From: Rhizodiscina lignyota | Taxonomy: Eukaryota | NCBI GenBank assembly: GCA_010015805.1 | Contig: ML978123.1 | Location: 1,798,001-1,862,000 of the forward strand | DNA length: 64,000 bases | Direction of reading: 5' to 3' | Shown: in pieces, positions 25,931-38,913 of the stretch | Position numbering within the stretch: position 1 is the first letter of the stretch | How the letters are laid out: each line of letters opens with the position of its first letter | Notes under the pieces: model-generated | Database searches by the model: none | Seen by the model: only the letters and a program-made list of their open reading frames with translations | What the model was told of the DNA's origin: nothing | Translations under genes and position numbers: made by a program

Positions 25931-27059
25931 GAGGTGGAATGGAGGAGGGATGAGGGAATGGGCTTGATGCTTTCATTCTGAGGACTCAGGAGGGAACGTC
26001 CACTGTGCATTTTGGCTGCATTGGTTCAATTGGAGTGAGAGCAGATTCCATGGTTCATTCGGGCTTGCCAGATCTTGAGCTTCCCCCCGCGTTTGGTTTG
26101 GCAATATGCATGGTGGGTTCCGAAATAGCTAGCTGCATTGTCATACGTTCACCCAGCTTGTTGGAAATTGGATACCAGAGCTAGCGAACTGAAAACGTCC
26201 CATCTGCATCTCGTGCATATAAGGCTGAAGTACAGCTTGCATTTGTATGACTTTCAAGATTAGATATGGGATATCGGGGAGATAAGCAGGAAGGATACAC
26301 CCAGTATCGTACGGTGCCCCGTGCTCTTATATATAGGGCGAGAGCGCAAGTTTGCTCCCATCTCATCAACCACCAAGACATGATACAGAATGCATCCAAA
26401 GCACCCTCTGAGTATCCTGTATACCTACGATATTGAGCGAATGCTAGACGATGTCAAGCGCACAGCGTGCCTCCTCGATGCTTGCTCCCTTCGGGTCCTA
26501 CCGATAGCTCTTTGAAACGATCTATAGATCTCGTACTCCAGTAATAAGGCCTATCAGGCGAGCTCTCCTGCATGCTTGACCTCAATAGCGTCATGGCGAA
26601 AGCTTAAGTGTTATCCAATATACTCCATTTCTTCATTGTAGAGCTTCATCGTTCGCATTGTTCGCATCGTCCGGTTGCCGTGATACGCAACACCATTCAT
26701 TTGCTGCTCACTCTCAGCTGTGGGCCTTAGGCCCCACCAAGTTCACACGCAAGCCCACACCAGAATGACGACGAGAAGGATCCACACCAGTGATCACCCA
26801 TTCGCCTTTCACCCCGCTGGAGCTCGCTCGAAGCCGATTGTATAGCGCTCGACTTGCCGCTTCTGCCGACACTTGCATCCGCTCCCCGCGACGAGCGCCT
26901 ATTGAACCAAAACTTGACACAAACATTGGAGAGAAAGACTAATTCCCTACGGGCTTTCTTACCGTTCTTTAGATACTACGTACACAACTCTTGTCTTCAC
27001 TTTCTCCGCCAACTCTCCTTATCTCTAGTCTCAGACAGCGGCACAACAAAAATGTCACT

Positions 27060-28777
27060 ATGACTGTGGTTCCACCGAATGAAGCCATCATAGAGGCGAG
27101 AGCCCCCGATGTGGAAAAGGCGGAACCGAAATCCATCACAGCAGAGGCCATAGAGTTGCGCGAAAACCCGTTTACGGACAACAGTGCCGCATCAACAAAT
27201 GTCGCTCGATCGCCCTCATCCTCAAGTCAACACACCGCGCACACGCTGTCTACCATCCGCCAAATAGCTCTCGTTGTCATCGTCACAGGAGCGGCCTTCC
27301 TCAACACCCTTGGAATTCAAGCCGTGGTTATCCTCCTTCCGAATATCGGCCATGAACTCTCCATACCCGTGGCGCGCCAACAATGGATTGTCTCAGCATA
27401 CTCCTTGACCTTCGGCTGCTTCCTCCTTCTCTTCGGCAGGCTCGCCGACATCTTTGGCAAGCGGCGTGTGTACCTAGCTGGTTCAGCGTGGCTAACGGTC
27501 ATCACCATCATCATTCCGTTTGTGAAGAATGAAATCGCATTTGACCTCTTTCGAGGCCTCCAGGGCTTGGGCGCTGCAGCGAACGTGCCAACCGCCATCG
27601 GCATTCTAGGCATTACGTTTCCTCCTGGGAAAGCCAAGAATTATGCATTCGCCTTCTACGGCGGAGGCGCTCCCATGGGCGCCATCTTCGGCAACATCTT
27701 GGGTGGCGTGCTGGGTACGTACATCGACTGGCAGTGGGTGTTTTGGTGAGTCTCTGCGATAGTCGACCTCTCCGGTCATACTCGCGCTACGTGATGATTG
27801 ATTCAATGCTCAGGATTCTATCCATATTTGCTGCAACCAACACAGTAGCATCCTACTTCGTCATCCCCCCACAGCCCTCTCAACCACGGTTGCAAGGCTC
27901 AAAACGCAACGTCGACTGGATCGGCGGCTTCCTCATCACCGCTGGCCTCCTAGTCCTCCTCTTTGCCCTCACGGAAGGCAACGTCGTCGGGTGGTCTACG
28001 CCCTGGGTCCCTGTACTCATAGGCCTCTCTATCGTCCTCATCATCGCCTTCGTCATCTGGCAGGATGTACTCGAGCGCAAGACGGACCGCGCGCCACTCA
28101 TGAAAGTCTCAATATTTGCCTCGATGCAATTCAGCGCAGCCATCATCACCATGTTCCTCTTCTTCGCCGCCTTCAACAACTACCTCATCTTCGCGACGTA
28201 CTACTACCAGCTGTACCAGGGCCTGTCGGTGATCCAGACCACGCTACGCTTCATCCCCAATGGTGTCGTTGGCACGTGCCTCATCGTTGTCATGGCGCAT
28301 ATTATGAGCCGCGTGCGTGGCAACTACATCTTGATCTTCAGCCTGCTGAGCGTCGGCGTCTCGAACACCCTCATGGCGGTGCCTATACCACCATCGACAA
28401 CGTACTGGGCGTATGGCTTCCCGGCCATGATATTCTGCGTGTGCGGCGCGGACACCCTGTTCCCCACGCTTTCCTTGTTCGTGTCCATGAGCCTGCCGCT
28501 GGAAGACCAGGCGCTTGGAGGCGGGCTGATCAACGCCGTCGGTCAGATGGGGAGGGCGGTAGGCCTGGCGGTTGCGACTGCAATCCAGGTTGCGGTCACC
28601 GCGCACCAGAAGCACGAGACTGTGGCCGAGGTGGGAACGGCGGAACCGAAAGTTCATGATTCCGCTTTGCTCAGCGGTTTGAGGGCGGCATTCTGGTTCA
28701 ACTTTGCAACATCAACGACTGCATTGGTAGTGGTTCTGTTTGCATTTCGGAGGGCAGGCGTTATCGGCAAGAGGTAG
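27060..28777 (+). CDS. MFS drug:H+ antiporter (14-TM DHA2/Atr1-like), intron ~27747-27813
   Basis: QWIVSAYSLTFGCFLLLFGRLADIFGKRR (motif A), FRGLQGLGAAA, VDWIG and many hydrophobic helices. Confidence 0.92.
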
Positions 28778-29053
28778 ATTGTCGATCTTACCAGGGCATT
28801 GGGTAATGTTTGACGATTCTATGAAACGAGGGCAGGCATCCATTTTTATTGGGCATTTCTACAGCGGGCGCGAGCGAGCAAAAGCACTTTTGGCATTCAC
28901 CATCTTCAATTGATACAATGAAGCTTGCTTCAACTTACCCATGGCATATAGATAATCGAGTCGAAAGGCCGTGTCTTCCCAGTAACAAACACCCGTAGAT
29001 CCAGCATATATCACGTCAATTCGTAACATTCGTATATCCTCGGCCCGGAGAGT

Positions 29054-31524
29054 CTAGTAACTCCTCTTTCTGCGCTTCGACCACGGCTCGTCAACCAATG
29101 TCGTAGAAGGCGGTCCGTCGAAAAGCGACTCCCGCGGCATGCTCCAACCCATCCGCTCTATTGCGCTAGGGGCCACGAGACCATTCGATATATGGCTGTA
29201 ACCATTTATGCCCGTAGACGCACCCTCATCGTGCCGTGCGAAACCGTTCAGATGCGGGACCTCGGGCCCGTGAAGCGCCGCCTGTGCGTCGCTGCGGAAT
29301 CTATCTTTCATGGGAAGCGGTTGCCGATCGGGGAGTGGCGGCAGTATTGAGTTACTGGTTTGATTCGGATGTTGGGGCGGAGAGAAGTGGGCGTCAGACA
29401 TCACAGGGACAGGCTCCACACTCCGCTTCGTATCTTTGTCACCGAAAGGCTTGCACACCAGCTCGAGCAGCGACTGCGCAACGGTCGAAAGGCCTTTCGG
29501 CCCGCTGCCAAGCTGCCATGTCGACGGCTGTGCGAGCGTCGTCAGTCCGTCTTGGGTAATCAGAAAGTCGTAGTACGGCTGTAGGGTCTGGAGGAACTTC
29601 TCCGCGGCAGGATCCATTTCTGCGGAAAATGCGAGGACGCGAAGACATGTCTCCACGAACGTGAAGTCTCCCTTGGAACCGAAGGCTGCCTTGGTGCGCA
29701 GCAACTTCCGCGCGATGTCGTGGAGGATGACCACTGCTGCGGTGAAGGAGTGGAAGATGACGAGCCAGCACTTCTTGAATATCACGTTGTCGTCGTGGAG
29801 GCGGCCGAGGATTGTAGCGGACGACCTTGCGGCGTTCATGCCGTCTTCGCAGTATACCGAGACCTGTGGGTACATGTCATCCTGCGTGAGGACGGAGAGG
29901 ACGTCGTCCCGCTGGGCGGAGGCTAACATGACTCGTCTGTAGATTAGCATAAGCGCGCCGTAGTATATCATGTGGATGAAGTTGATCGGTACGAGGACCT
30001 CGGGAGGAGCGTCTGAGATCCTCACTGCTTCCAAATGCAGTTCGAGAGCGAGATTTGTATGCCATTGGCGCAGGTCGGCGGTGACAGCCGCAATCTCGTT
30101 CATGCCCGCAGCTTCTGAGCCAAACAAGACTCGCACTACGCGAGCCGTGAGTATTGATACTTTCGTCATCTCGGCCTGCACTGTGTCGAAGGCTCTACAT
30201 CCGAGATCGACGGGTATCTCCATCTCTTTGAGAAGTTCGACCACGAGAATGGAGTTTGATATAGCAGGCGTATATCCCAGCGTCGACGTAAGCCATGACT
30301 CCAGGAACATAAAAGTCCTCCAGACCCTCTTCATCTCCCACCAGGTGATATCGGGGATATTTGGCGATCGTACTCTTTCGTGCAGTCCATGTCGACGCAC
30401 GATGCTTAATCCCAGCTCAATGTACGACAGGGCGACAGCGTTCTTGTTCATGATGTTATACATTGCAAGACACACGATTATCTTCGTGGCGGCCAGCCGA
30501 TTTGCTTCCAACGCGTCCTCCAGAAGCGACTTTGCCACATGATAGCTTTTGACATCTAGCCCAGCGAAGGTCTCGTCATTCACATATTGCGAGCCTATAG
30601 CTATTATGCCGAACATCTCCGCGAGTCGAACGGGCGAGTTGATCTCTCCGCGCTCGTAGACTGCTCGCCATATCTCTACCCCTTGTTCACGCGAGAACAC
30701 GTGGAATAGCGTGCCGCTGCACTTGTAGAAGTTTATGATAGCTGCGTAAGCAATGTCCTTCTCCGGCAATTCCAAAAAGCCTTCGTATGGACTTGTATTC
30801 AGATTAGTGTGCGTAGACGTTGATGATGTGGCATTAGTCATCAGCACGGCAGCTGCATGTGGAGGGCTTTGGAAAGAGATCGTTGTCGAGTCCTCTAAAG
30901 GAGGTTGTAACGGTTGAGATAATGGTAGATCAGTAGCATGCTGCAACTGTTGGACAATATCTCGTGGGGTTGATGTCGTAGACAATGTAGTAGCGCCAAG
31001 GGAACCGTTGGTGGAACTTCGCAGCGCAGTTTTTACAGCGGCCAGGAAATCTGGATCGTTGCGTATATGTGCGACAGTTGCTTGGACCTCTGCCGGGGAG
31101 CCTGATTGAAGGGAGTAGCACACCTGGAGCATCGTACCAAGTGCTTTTTCCAGGTTCAGCTTCTTGGACCGTAGGCTTTGGACTCGCGTCTCTCCAGCTT
31201 CGACATCATACACACATACTGAGTGGCGGGAGGTGCACGCCGAACAGACTGGACGTTGACCATTGCACTGATGAAGGAATAAGCTCAATATGAAAATAGG
31301 AATTCGATTGGGGCTAGTGCAAGTTGAACATCCTGTGATGTGATGCGAAAGGGAGTGGAGATGCATACTCTTGTCTTTTTCTTGCGGCAAGCATCGCAAG
31401 CAGCGGCAATGATCTTTCGCTTAGGTTTCTTGCTGTTTGGATTCCTCTGGACTCCAGTAAGGCTTCGTGTTTCTTGTTGCTCAGAATTTGGAGGAACACA
31501 CGGTAGGATGAGACGGTTGTTCAT
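29054..31524 (-). CDS. Zn(II)2Cys6 transcription factor with fungal-specific TF domain, intron 31268-31368
   Basis: After splicing: ACDACRKKKTR|CNGQRPVCSACTSRHSVCVY (CX2CX6CX6CX2CX6C); middle homology region KRVWRTFMFLESWLTSTLG. Confidence 0.9.
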
Positions 31525-32283
31525 GTTGGAAGGACGAGATGGTAGGGTGTGAGGAACTTGCAACCGTAGAGTCGCATTGCTGCTGCGCAGCGGCTTCCTG
31601 ATAGAAAATCGGTGAAACAAGGGCGAACCTCAAGTAATTTTGAATGAGACGATGAGTTCAGGCTGAGAAATAATACATTGGCTGGGGCTGAGGAAGGCCT
31701 CCAATACGACCGGAATTGGCTCCCGGTCTCTTGTCGCACAGGCGGTAAAGAACAAAGAAACCTAATATCTGGAAATGCAGGGACATTATAGAGAACAGAG
31801 TCTATCGCACAGAAAAGAGGGGGGGGGTTTGCGCCGCATTTCAAGCAGCTGGCTGGAGTTACCCCCGAGATGTAGAACAATTGGTCGCCCTGCGACGGCC
31901 TAGAAGGATGAGGTCTGGCCCACGAAGCTCGATTACCCTAACTAATGCGAGACACCTGCCGCCCACGCCATGCTGTGGTCATAAAGGCTTTCCACGATCA
32001 CTTATCGGTATGATGATCTACGCCAGACGTGTATGGCGCAGATTGTAAAACAGAGACATGGGACAGGGGTGACAGGATGTACTTTTGGAGGTGCAAGGAT
32101 TAGGGTGCAAATATCGGTATGGTACGGTATCATAGAAATCTACATACTCGAACAGATCCGAAGAAGTGCCCGCAAGGAGTTAAGCTCAAAATACGAATGG
32201 AAGCTGGAGCCAACTCCGGCTCCTCATATCCACCCAATCCTATTCCGTTGCCCCATGTCCGGCCGAATAAAGGTGCAGGTGCC

Positions 32284-33626
32284 TTACGGGTTCTGCTTGG
32301 CGAAGTCGACACCCTTCTGGATGTTCTTTTGCAGGTCACCCAAGCACACATCCAGTAGCTTCTGCTCGTAGTCTGTGATCTTACCCACTGGGTGGATCTT
32401 CTCAACACCGTTCGGGCCAAGCTCGACATTGCTGGCGAAGAAATCGCATCCCTGATCCTTGAACAGCGGGCTGTCGACGAACGTGGGCTCGATAACGCCC
32501 TTCTGGCCCTGAGCAGCCTTGAGCAGGCTCTCTGCGAAGCGCGCACCAGCCATAGCCATGGAGAGCGTAGCAGAGCCGGCACCTCCCTTAGCCTGAACAA
32601 CCTCGTCACCACCAAACTGAACGCGGTGGACGTACTCGTCGAGCTGCTCGCCCGTGAGCTCATAGCCCGCTTGTGAGAGGAGAGGAACAATGGTTGCGCC
32701 AGAGTGGCCACCAACAACAGTGATGTTCTCGTTCGCAGGGTCGGTTCCCTTGATCTGGGAGATGAAGCGGGAGGCGCGGACAACATCGAGGGTGGTGACA
32801 CCAAAGAGACGTCTGGGGTTATAGACGCCCTTGGACTTGAAGACCTCAGCGGTAATGGGGACGGTGGAGTTGACCTGCGGATTCTGTCAATGTTGGCTAA
32901 GAAAATAGAGATCGCGTGATCCTACCGGGTTGGAAATAACTAGGATATTGGCCTCTGGGGCAGACTCTGCGGCGGCCTTTGCGAGATCACGAACGATGGA
33001 AGCGTTGGTGTTGAAGAGATCTACATAAGGTTAAGCTACCGTTGCACACCATTCAGTTACTCTTGTCCGACTTACCATCACGGGTCATGCCAGGCTTGCG
33101 AGGTACGCCAGCCGGAATGAGGACAATCTCGGATCCCTTCAGGCAGTCCCTAAGGCCTGATGGAGTGGGATCATAACCGGTAACCTGTATGGTAGTCCGT
33201 CAGTCATTGGTCTTCTCAGTGCCGAAATGCAGGGCAGGTCGTACAGTGCTCTTAGTGTTGATGTGGCCAATATCGGCAGCGACACCTTGAATATCCAGTC
33301 AGACATATCCAAACATGACTACAGCATCTCAATTGAGCGTACCAGGAGCAAGGCGGATATCGTAGAGGGCGAGCTCAGAGACTCTCGGGTTCAGCTTGAG
33401 CAGAAGGGAGAGAGGTTGTCCGATACCGCCGGCAGCGCCGAGGACGGTGACTTTCGAGGCCTAGCGAGTGAGGAATTGAACATTTAGCATGCAGTCCACG
33501 TAATTGAGCTTGCGCACAGCGATTTGAACAGCTTTGGACAGCTGTCCGTGGAAAACACACCTGGCGGGTAGAGGCCGAGAAAGCTCTCCTCTGGACAGCA
33601 CCGAAAACTTGACGAACAGCAGACAT
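32284..33626 (-). CDS. MDH1: Mitochondrial malate dehydrogenase (5 introns)
   Basis: Presequence ([11 protein letters not shown]), [70 protein letters not shown]. Confidence 0.95.
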
Positions 33627-34539
33627 GGTGGCCGAAATGCAGGGACGACAAAAGAAAGTGTAATTGGGCGGTGCAAAGAGCGATTCGAAGGGGTTGAAGA
33701 GGGATAAGGAGGATTGTTTGGATGGAGTTGTGAAGAGGGTCTAAGGTCCGAAAAAAACTGTCTGAGCACCCTAGCTCTGCCGCCAAGCACTTCTCCACGA
33801 GCTGTTAAAACGGAGTATGGGTATGCGCTTTACCGACCGCTTGTGTACCGAAGTAGCTCTATCGCTCTGCGCCTATATATCGCTGCTTGAGCCTTGTATC
33901 AGGCCCACGAAATGATCATACGACCTCTAATCAGTCATGATTGCGTATCTCTATAGCTGGTTAGAGGGCTCGGCGAAGTCGGGACGGAAACAGCATCCGC
34001 TCTCCATCCGACACTTCCCTCACTTCCCTTATTCCTTCCACCCTCAGCCTTGCCTTCAACTTCAAAAGCTCTACGAAGTAGCTTAATATCGCTCAATTCG
34101 ACCACCACCGTGTCCGCCTCTGGTGCTCGAGGCCATGTCGTTCGACTTACCGCGAAAAGATGCGGTGCCTGTCTGCCACCTTGACTCCACTTCTGGCGCA
34201 TGTAAGCGTCTCGAAAATCCATACAGGTTTGACATGCTGTCGGATCATTGAAATGAGAGCCTGACCTGCCTTCGGTCTGCGTTATCTACTCTTGCCACTG
34301 CAATTGAACTTTGGTTCAAACCATTGGTGAAAAACGCTAAGGTAGGAACATCGAATGATGCGACGACGCCGGACTTAATAAACCTCTCCATGTCCGCAAT
34401 GACGCTATTTAGATACCTAACATTTGTTTCTCATAACAATCTACTCTATGTCAAGGCATTCAGCCATCCTTGGTCACAATCTTTAACCTCTCCTATCTTT
34501 GCTCTGAGGCCTTGATTCTGCACAGTAAACAGTATCAAT

Positions 34540-35506
34540 ATGCCTGCCGACTTCGAACATGACCGTCTTCTCGTAACCTGCGCTTCTGGAAAGCAGGCAT
34601 CACACCTTCTTCCACATGTGTCTGAAAAATGGAAGAACATTACACTTGCTGTGCACTCGTCAACATCCGAGGAACGACTCAAAAACCAATATCCTACCCG
34701 AGATGTCGTTTCTGGGGACCTCATGGACCCTGCATTCGTGAAACGAATCATGAATGGGGTAACGGCAGTCTTTCATCTCTGCCCTGGTTTCCATCCTCAC
34801 GAGGATATAGTGGGCTATAACATGATCGACGCCGCGGTGGAGGAAGCGAAGAATGGGAGTCTCAAGCATTTCGTGTATTCGTCCGTCCTCTGCTCGCAGC
34901 TTCGGAAGATGATGAATCATGATTGAAGAGATATGTGAGTGCTCACCTAGTTTGAGCCTGTTTAAACCGTCCTAATACACACAGGTCGAGGAATATCTCA
35001 TGGAGTCTGGACTAAAATACACTATCCTTCAACCAACCCACTTCATGGACATGTTTCCGGTTCCTATGCTAGTGCAGCAAAGCAGCCCAATATTTGTTGC
35101 CAATTGGGACCCGTCGATTCCGTTCTCCTTTGTCGCGCTACGAGACCTTGGTGAAGCGGGTGCAAAGGTGCTAATTGAGCGTGAAAAGCACTTCTTCGCT
35201 CAGTACCCGCTTGTGTCTGACGGCCCAACCCCGTATACAGACGTTGTCCGGCACGCATCTGACGCCATTGGAAAAAGCATTAAGCTGGAGCAGAGGCCTT
35301 TTCAAGAGGCCGTCAATTTCATGCTGGACAGATTCTTTGGAGAAGACGTGCCAGTACGGGCAAGAGACGGCATGGAGAGGATGCTTCTGTTTTACAACCG
35401 CCGAGGTCTGGTCGGAAACTCTAATGTCTTGGAGTGGCTGCTTGGGAGGAAACCAACGTCTCATGAGCAGTGGATGAGGTTAGCAGTGGCGGAAGCAAAG
35501 CAATAG
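34540..35506 (+). pseudogene. NmrA-like NAD(P)-binding protein with an apparent 1-nt deletion at ~34925 (pseudogene or assembly error)
   Basis: LLVTCASGKQ, HFVYSSVL, YTILQPTHFMD, FSFVALRDLGEA. GAT TG- AAG AGA TAT|gtgagt gives a premature TGA; intron 34935-34984. Confidence 0.75.
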
Positions 35507-36187
35507 CGATACAGCGAGCTCGCGGGCATCAGCTGAAGTTCCAGCTCTTGGACAACAATTATATGTTGCACGACTTAAGCAGTGCAGCTGGAGACACGGC
35601 CTTGGCGAATTGACTAAGTCGGAGAGTTATGATTGAGGTAGCTTCAGCTCTGACTGCAATCACAATTGTACCACAGTTTGATGTGACATTCTCCTCCCTC
35701 GAGCTCCACGAGACCAATGATGCAGGCAGAACTGCTTGCAGCAAGGTGCTCCTTCCTGACTTCTGACCCCACACCAAGCCTCAGCTCTAGACGTCCCATT
35801 TCTCTCCCAACTTTTCTTTTTCAACTGAATCCATCTTATTCCATCTTATTCCATCTGCCTCTCTACAGGCAATGTCCGACTCGATTTTCTGTCAGTGAGA
35901 GTGGCACTGTCCTATAAATAAACCGAGAAATCCCCACAAACCCCGGACTCAGTGCACACACTCGGAAATCCCTGAATCAGCGCGTGTCGAGAGCCGGGTC
36001 CCCAATTTCTCCAAACGCGTCTAAGCACATCCGTCGCGTGGCCCTTCAGCAATAAACTAAAGATTGTGCCGTAGCCATCCGTCCATCAAAAAGTCAAAGG
36101 GGGCCCCCTTCAACCGTGTCACGCTTCGACAACAAAGTCACTCTCTTTCTTTCACTTCTTACTTGCCTTTACCCACCTTCCTTGTGC

Positions 36188-36323
36188 CCGAGGGAACTCG
36201 CACGTAAATTCCGACACACCTGCAGCCGCACGTCATCCTGCCGGCAACCACCGGCGAGGCATGCAGAGTCGTCTTAACAGCGCAGCATAGGCGAAACAGT
36301 GCCGGCGCGGCTACTTACCTCGG
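36188..36323. promoter_or_regulatory. Two CCTCGG/CCGAGG elements (FarA/FarB-type fatty-acid response cores) upstream of carnitine acetyltransferase
   Basis: CCGAGG at 36188-36193 and CCTCGG at 36318-36323, within ~220 nt of the ATG. Confidence 0.5.
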
Positions 36324-36407
36324 CACCGCTTCAGCGCAACCGCCGAGCGAATATAACTCAAATCACAAGCGCATCTTTTGGGCCTTCTAGGTCCATCAGC
36401 ACTTGGA

Positions 36408-38626
36408 ATGCGGCCCATAGTTAATGTTTTGGCCAGAGCTGCTGTTCGGCCTCCATCGAACATTCGTATACAGCGAATGTCCGCAGCCGCCGCAGCAGCA
36501 GTGAGCCAACAGCAGGTATGCGCAAAACAATGCGTCCGGAGCAAAGGAAGCACGAGACTGACATCACCTTCACGTGCAGAACGTCACAATGGCACCGCAA
36601 AATACAAAGACGGGTTCCTCAAGCACGCCCGCAGGTATGTCGGCTGTTAAAAATTTGTAGAGGGAAATCGCTGTGATATATGCGAAATGGGAGCGCACCA
36701 AGCTGACTCGAAGTTGCGATTCCCAGGCTATAAAGAAGACCACTCCAAAGGCCCCATGCTCCGCTTCGAGGATTCGCTTCCCCGACTCCCTGTTCCTACT
36801 CTCGAAGAAACCGCGAAGAGATACCTCAAATCGCTCCATCCACTCCTCAGCAAGTCCGAGTTCCAGCACAGCACAAGCATCGTGCAAGAATTCTTGCAAT
36901 CGGGCGGCCAAGGCGAGACCTTACAAACGCGTCTACTAGCGAGGCGAGAGGATCCAAATGTCAAGAACTGGATCATTGACTGGTGGAATGACGCTGCGTA
37001 CCTGGGCTACCGCGACCCTGTCATCCCATACGTAAGCTACTTCTACTCGCACCGCGATGACAGGAAACGCCGCGATCCCGCCAAGAGAGCGGCGGCCATC
37101 TCGACTGCGGTTCTAGCTTTCAAGAAGCAGGTTGATGAGGGCACCCTCGAGCCAGAGTACATGCGCAAGCTGCCGATTGCAATGAACAGCTACGAGTACA
37201 TGTTCAACTGCTGCAGAATACCGAAAAAACCCTCCGACGTCCCGAAGAAGTATGGCTATAAGGAGAGTGCGCATATAGTGGTCATTAGGAAGAATCAATT
37301 CTTCAAGGTCATGCACGATGTGGGCGGAAGGCAACTGAATACATCAGAGCTGGAACATCAGTTCCGGAGAGTATACGAAAAAGCTGAGCATAGTACACCC
37401 ATCGGCATACTCACCAGCCAGAACCGCGACCAGTGGGCAGATGTAAGTCCCGAGAGTAACCAGAAATGAGAACAACAAGCGGAAGCTAACTCGACTTTAA
37501 AGGCCCGTGAAAGACTCCTCGCCGCGAACCCTGCCAACGCCACTTCCCTTGAAACCATTGAATCCGCCTCCTTCATTGTCTGCCTGGACGACGCCTCCCC
37601 AATCACCCTCGAAGAGCGTGCACATCAATACTGGCACGGCAATGGCAGCAACCGCTGGTTTGACAAGCCGCTCCAGTTCATTGTTAACGACAACGGCACG
37701 TCCGGCTTCATGGGTGAACACAGCATGATGGACGGCACGCCCACCCACCGCCTTAACGACACTGCATGCATGCTCATCGCGAGGAACGCTCTGCCCTTCG
37801 ACGACCCTAACATCCGCTCCAACCTCCCAGACCCATCGCCCATCAAGTTCACCATCAATGCCGACGTACAACTGGATCTCGATGCCGCCCGTCAGCATTT
37901 CGAGCGCCAAATTGGAGCGCATGAACTGAAAGTGCAAGCATACCAAGGCTATGGAAAGGGCTTGATCAAGAAGTTCAAGTGCAGCCCAGACGCTTACGTG
38001 CAGATGGTTATCCAACTGGCATACCACAAGATGTACGGCAAGAACCGCCCCACATACGAATCGGCCGCAACTCGTCGCTTCCAGATGGGACGAACGGAGA
38101 CTACTCGCACGGTTTCGGACGAAAGTGTGGCCTTCTGTGATGCCATGGCTGCTGATGCTGACCCGCAATCCATTGTAAACTTGTTCAGAAAGGCACTTGA
38201 TGCGCACGTGAAGTACATCAACGATGCTAGTGACGGAAGAGGTGTCGACAGGCACTTGTTCGGATTGAAGAAGTGCCTGAAGGAGGGCGAGAAGACTCCC
38301 GCCATCTTCGAAGACCCAGCGTTCAGCTACAGCAGTTCATGGTATCTCTCCACCAGTCAGTTGAGCAGCGAGTATTTCAACGGATATGGATGGAGTCAGG
38401 TCATCGACGAAGGTTTCGGGTGAGTTCCCTTTAGAATCAATATGAGAATGTGTGGCTGACGAATTGTTGTAGCATCGCGTACATGATCAACGAGAACAGC
38501 ATACAGTTCAACATTGTGTGCAAGGGTCTCGGTGCTGAGCGCATGTCGTTCTACCTCAACGAGGCGGCAGGTGATATTCGGGATATCATGATGCCAACAT
38601 TGGAGCCGCCAAAGGCGAAGATGTAA
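36408..38626 (+). CDS. CAT2: Carnitine O-acetyltransferase, mitochondrial/peroxisomal (AcuJ/Cat2 type)
   Basis: SLPRLPVPTLEET, NRWFDKPLQF, GEHSMMDGTPT (catalytic His), TYESAATRRFQMGRTET, GRGVDRHLFGL, LSTSQLS; C-terminal AKM*; 4 introns. Confidence 0.93.
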
Positions 38627-38913
38627 GGCGGAGAGAGATTTATTTCATTTGTTTGAGTGACTGGGTATGATGAGGAATAGGGGAGGACGACAGAAGAGAT
38701 CGGGGCTCGCTGCCATTCATGCATTTCATTTCTTCAGCGTCTGGACGACAGTTCATTTATTTTCTTTGCATCGTCCGACATTGTCACATTTCGTAATTGC
38801 CTTTTCACAGTCCTCGCATTATAGAAGCGTCGGTGGGGTTCGTAAGGCCGCTGAGACTGCCATTGGCGTATTATACACTTCGTAATCATCGCATTTAGTC
38901 TCGGATCGAGCAA

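Noticed and set aside
32270..32290. Stop-codon read-through to a cryptic PTS1 in MDH1 (also checked IDH2, SDR, NUDIX)
   Set aside because: None has the TGA CTA read-through context or an obvious downstream in-frame SKL-like end.
33935..34222. 95-aa minus-strand ORF between MDH1 and the NmrA-like gene
   Set aside because: No motif or clear gene structure; could be a fragment but cannot be supported from the sequence alone.
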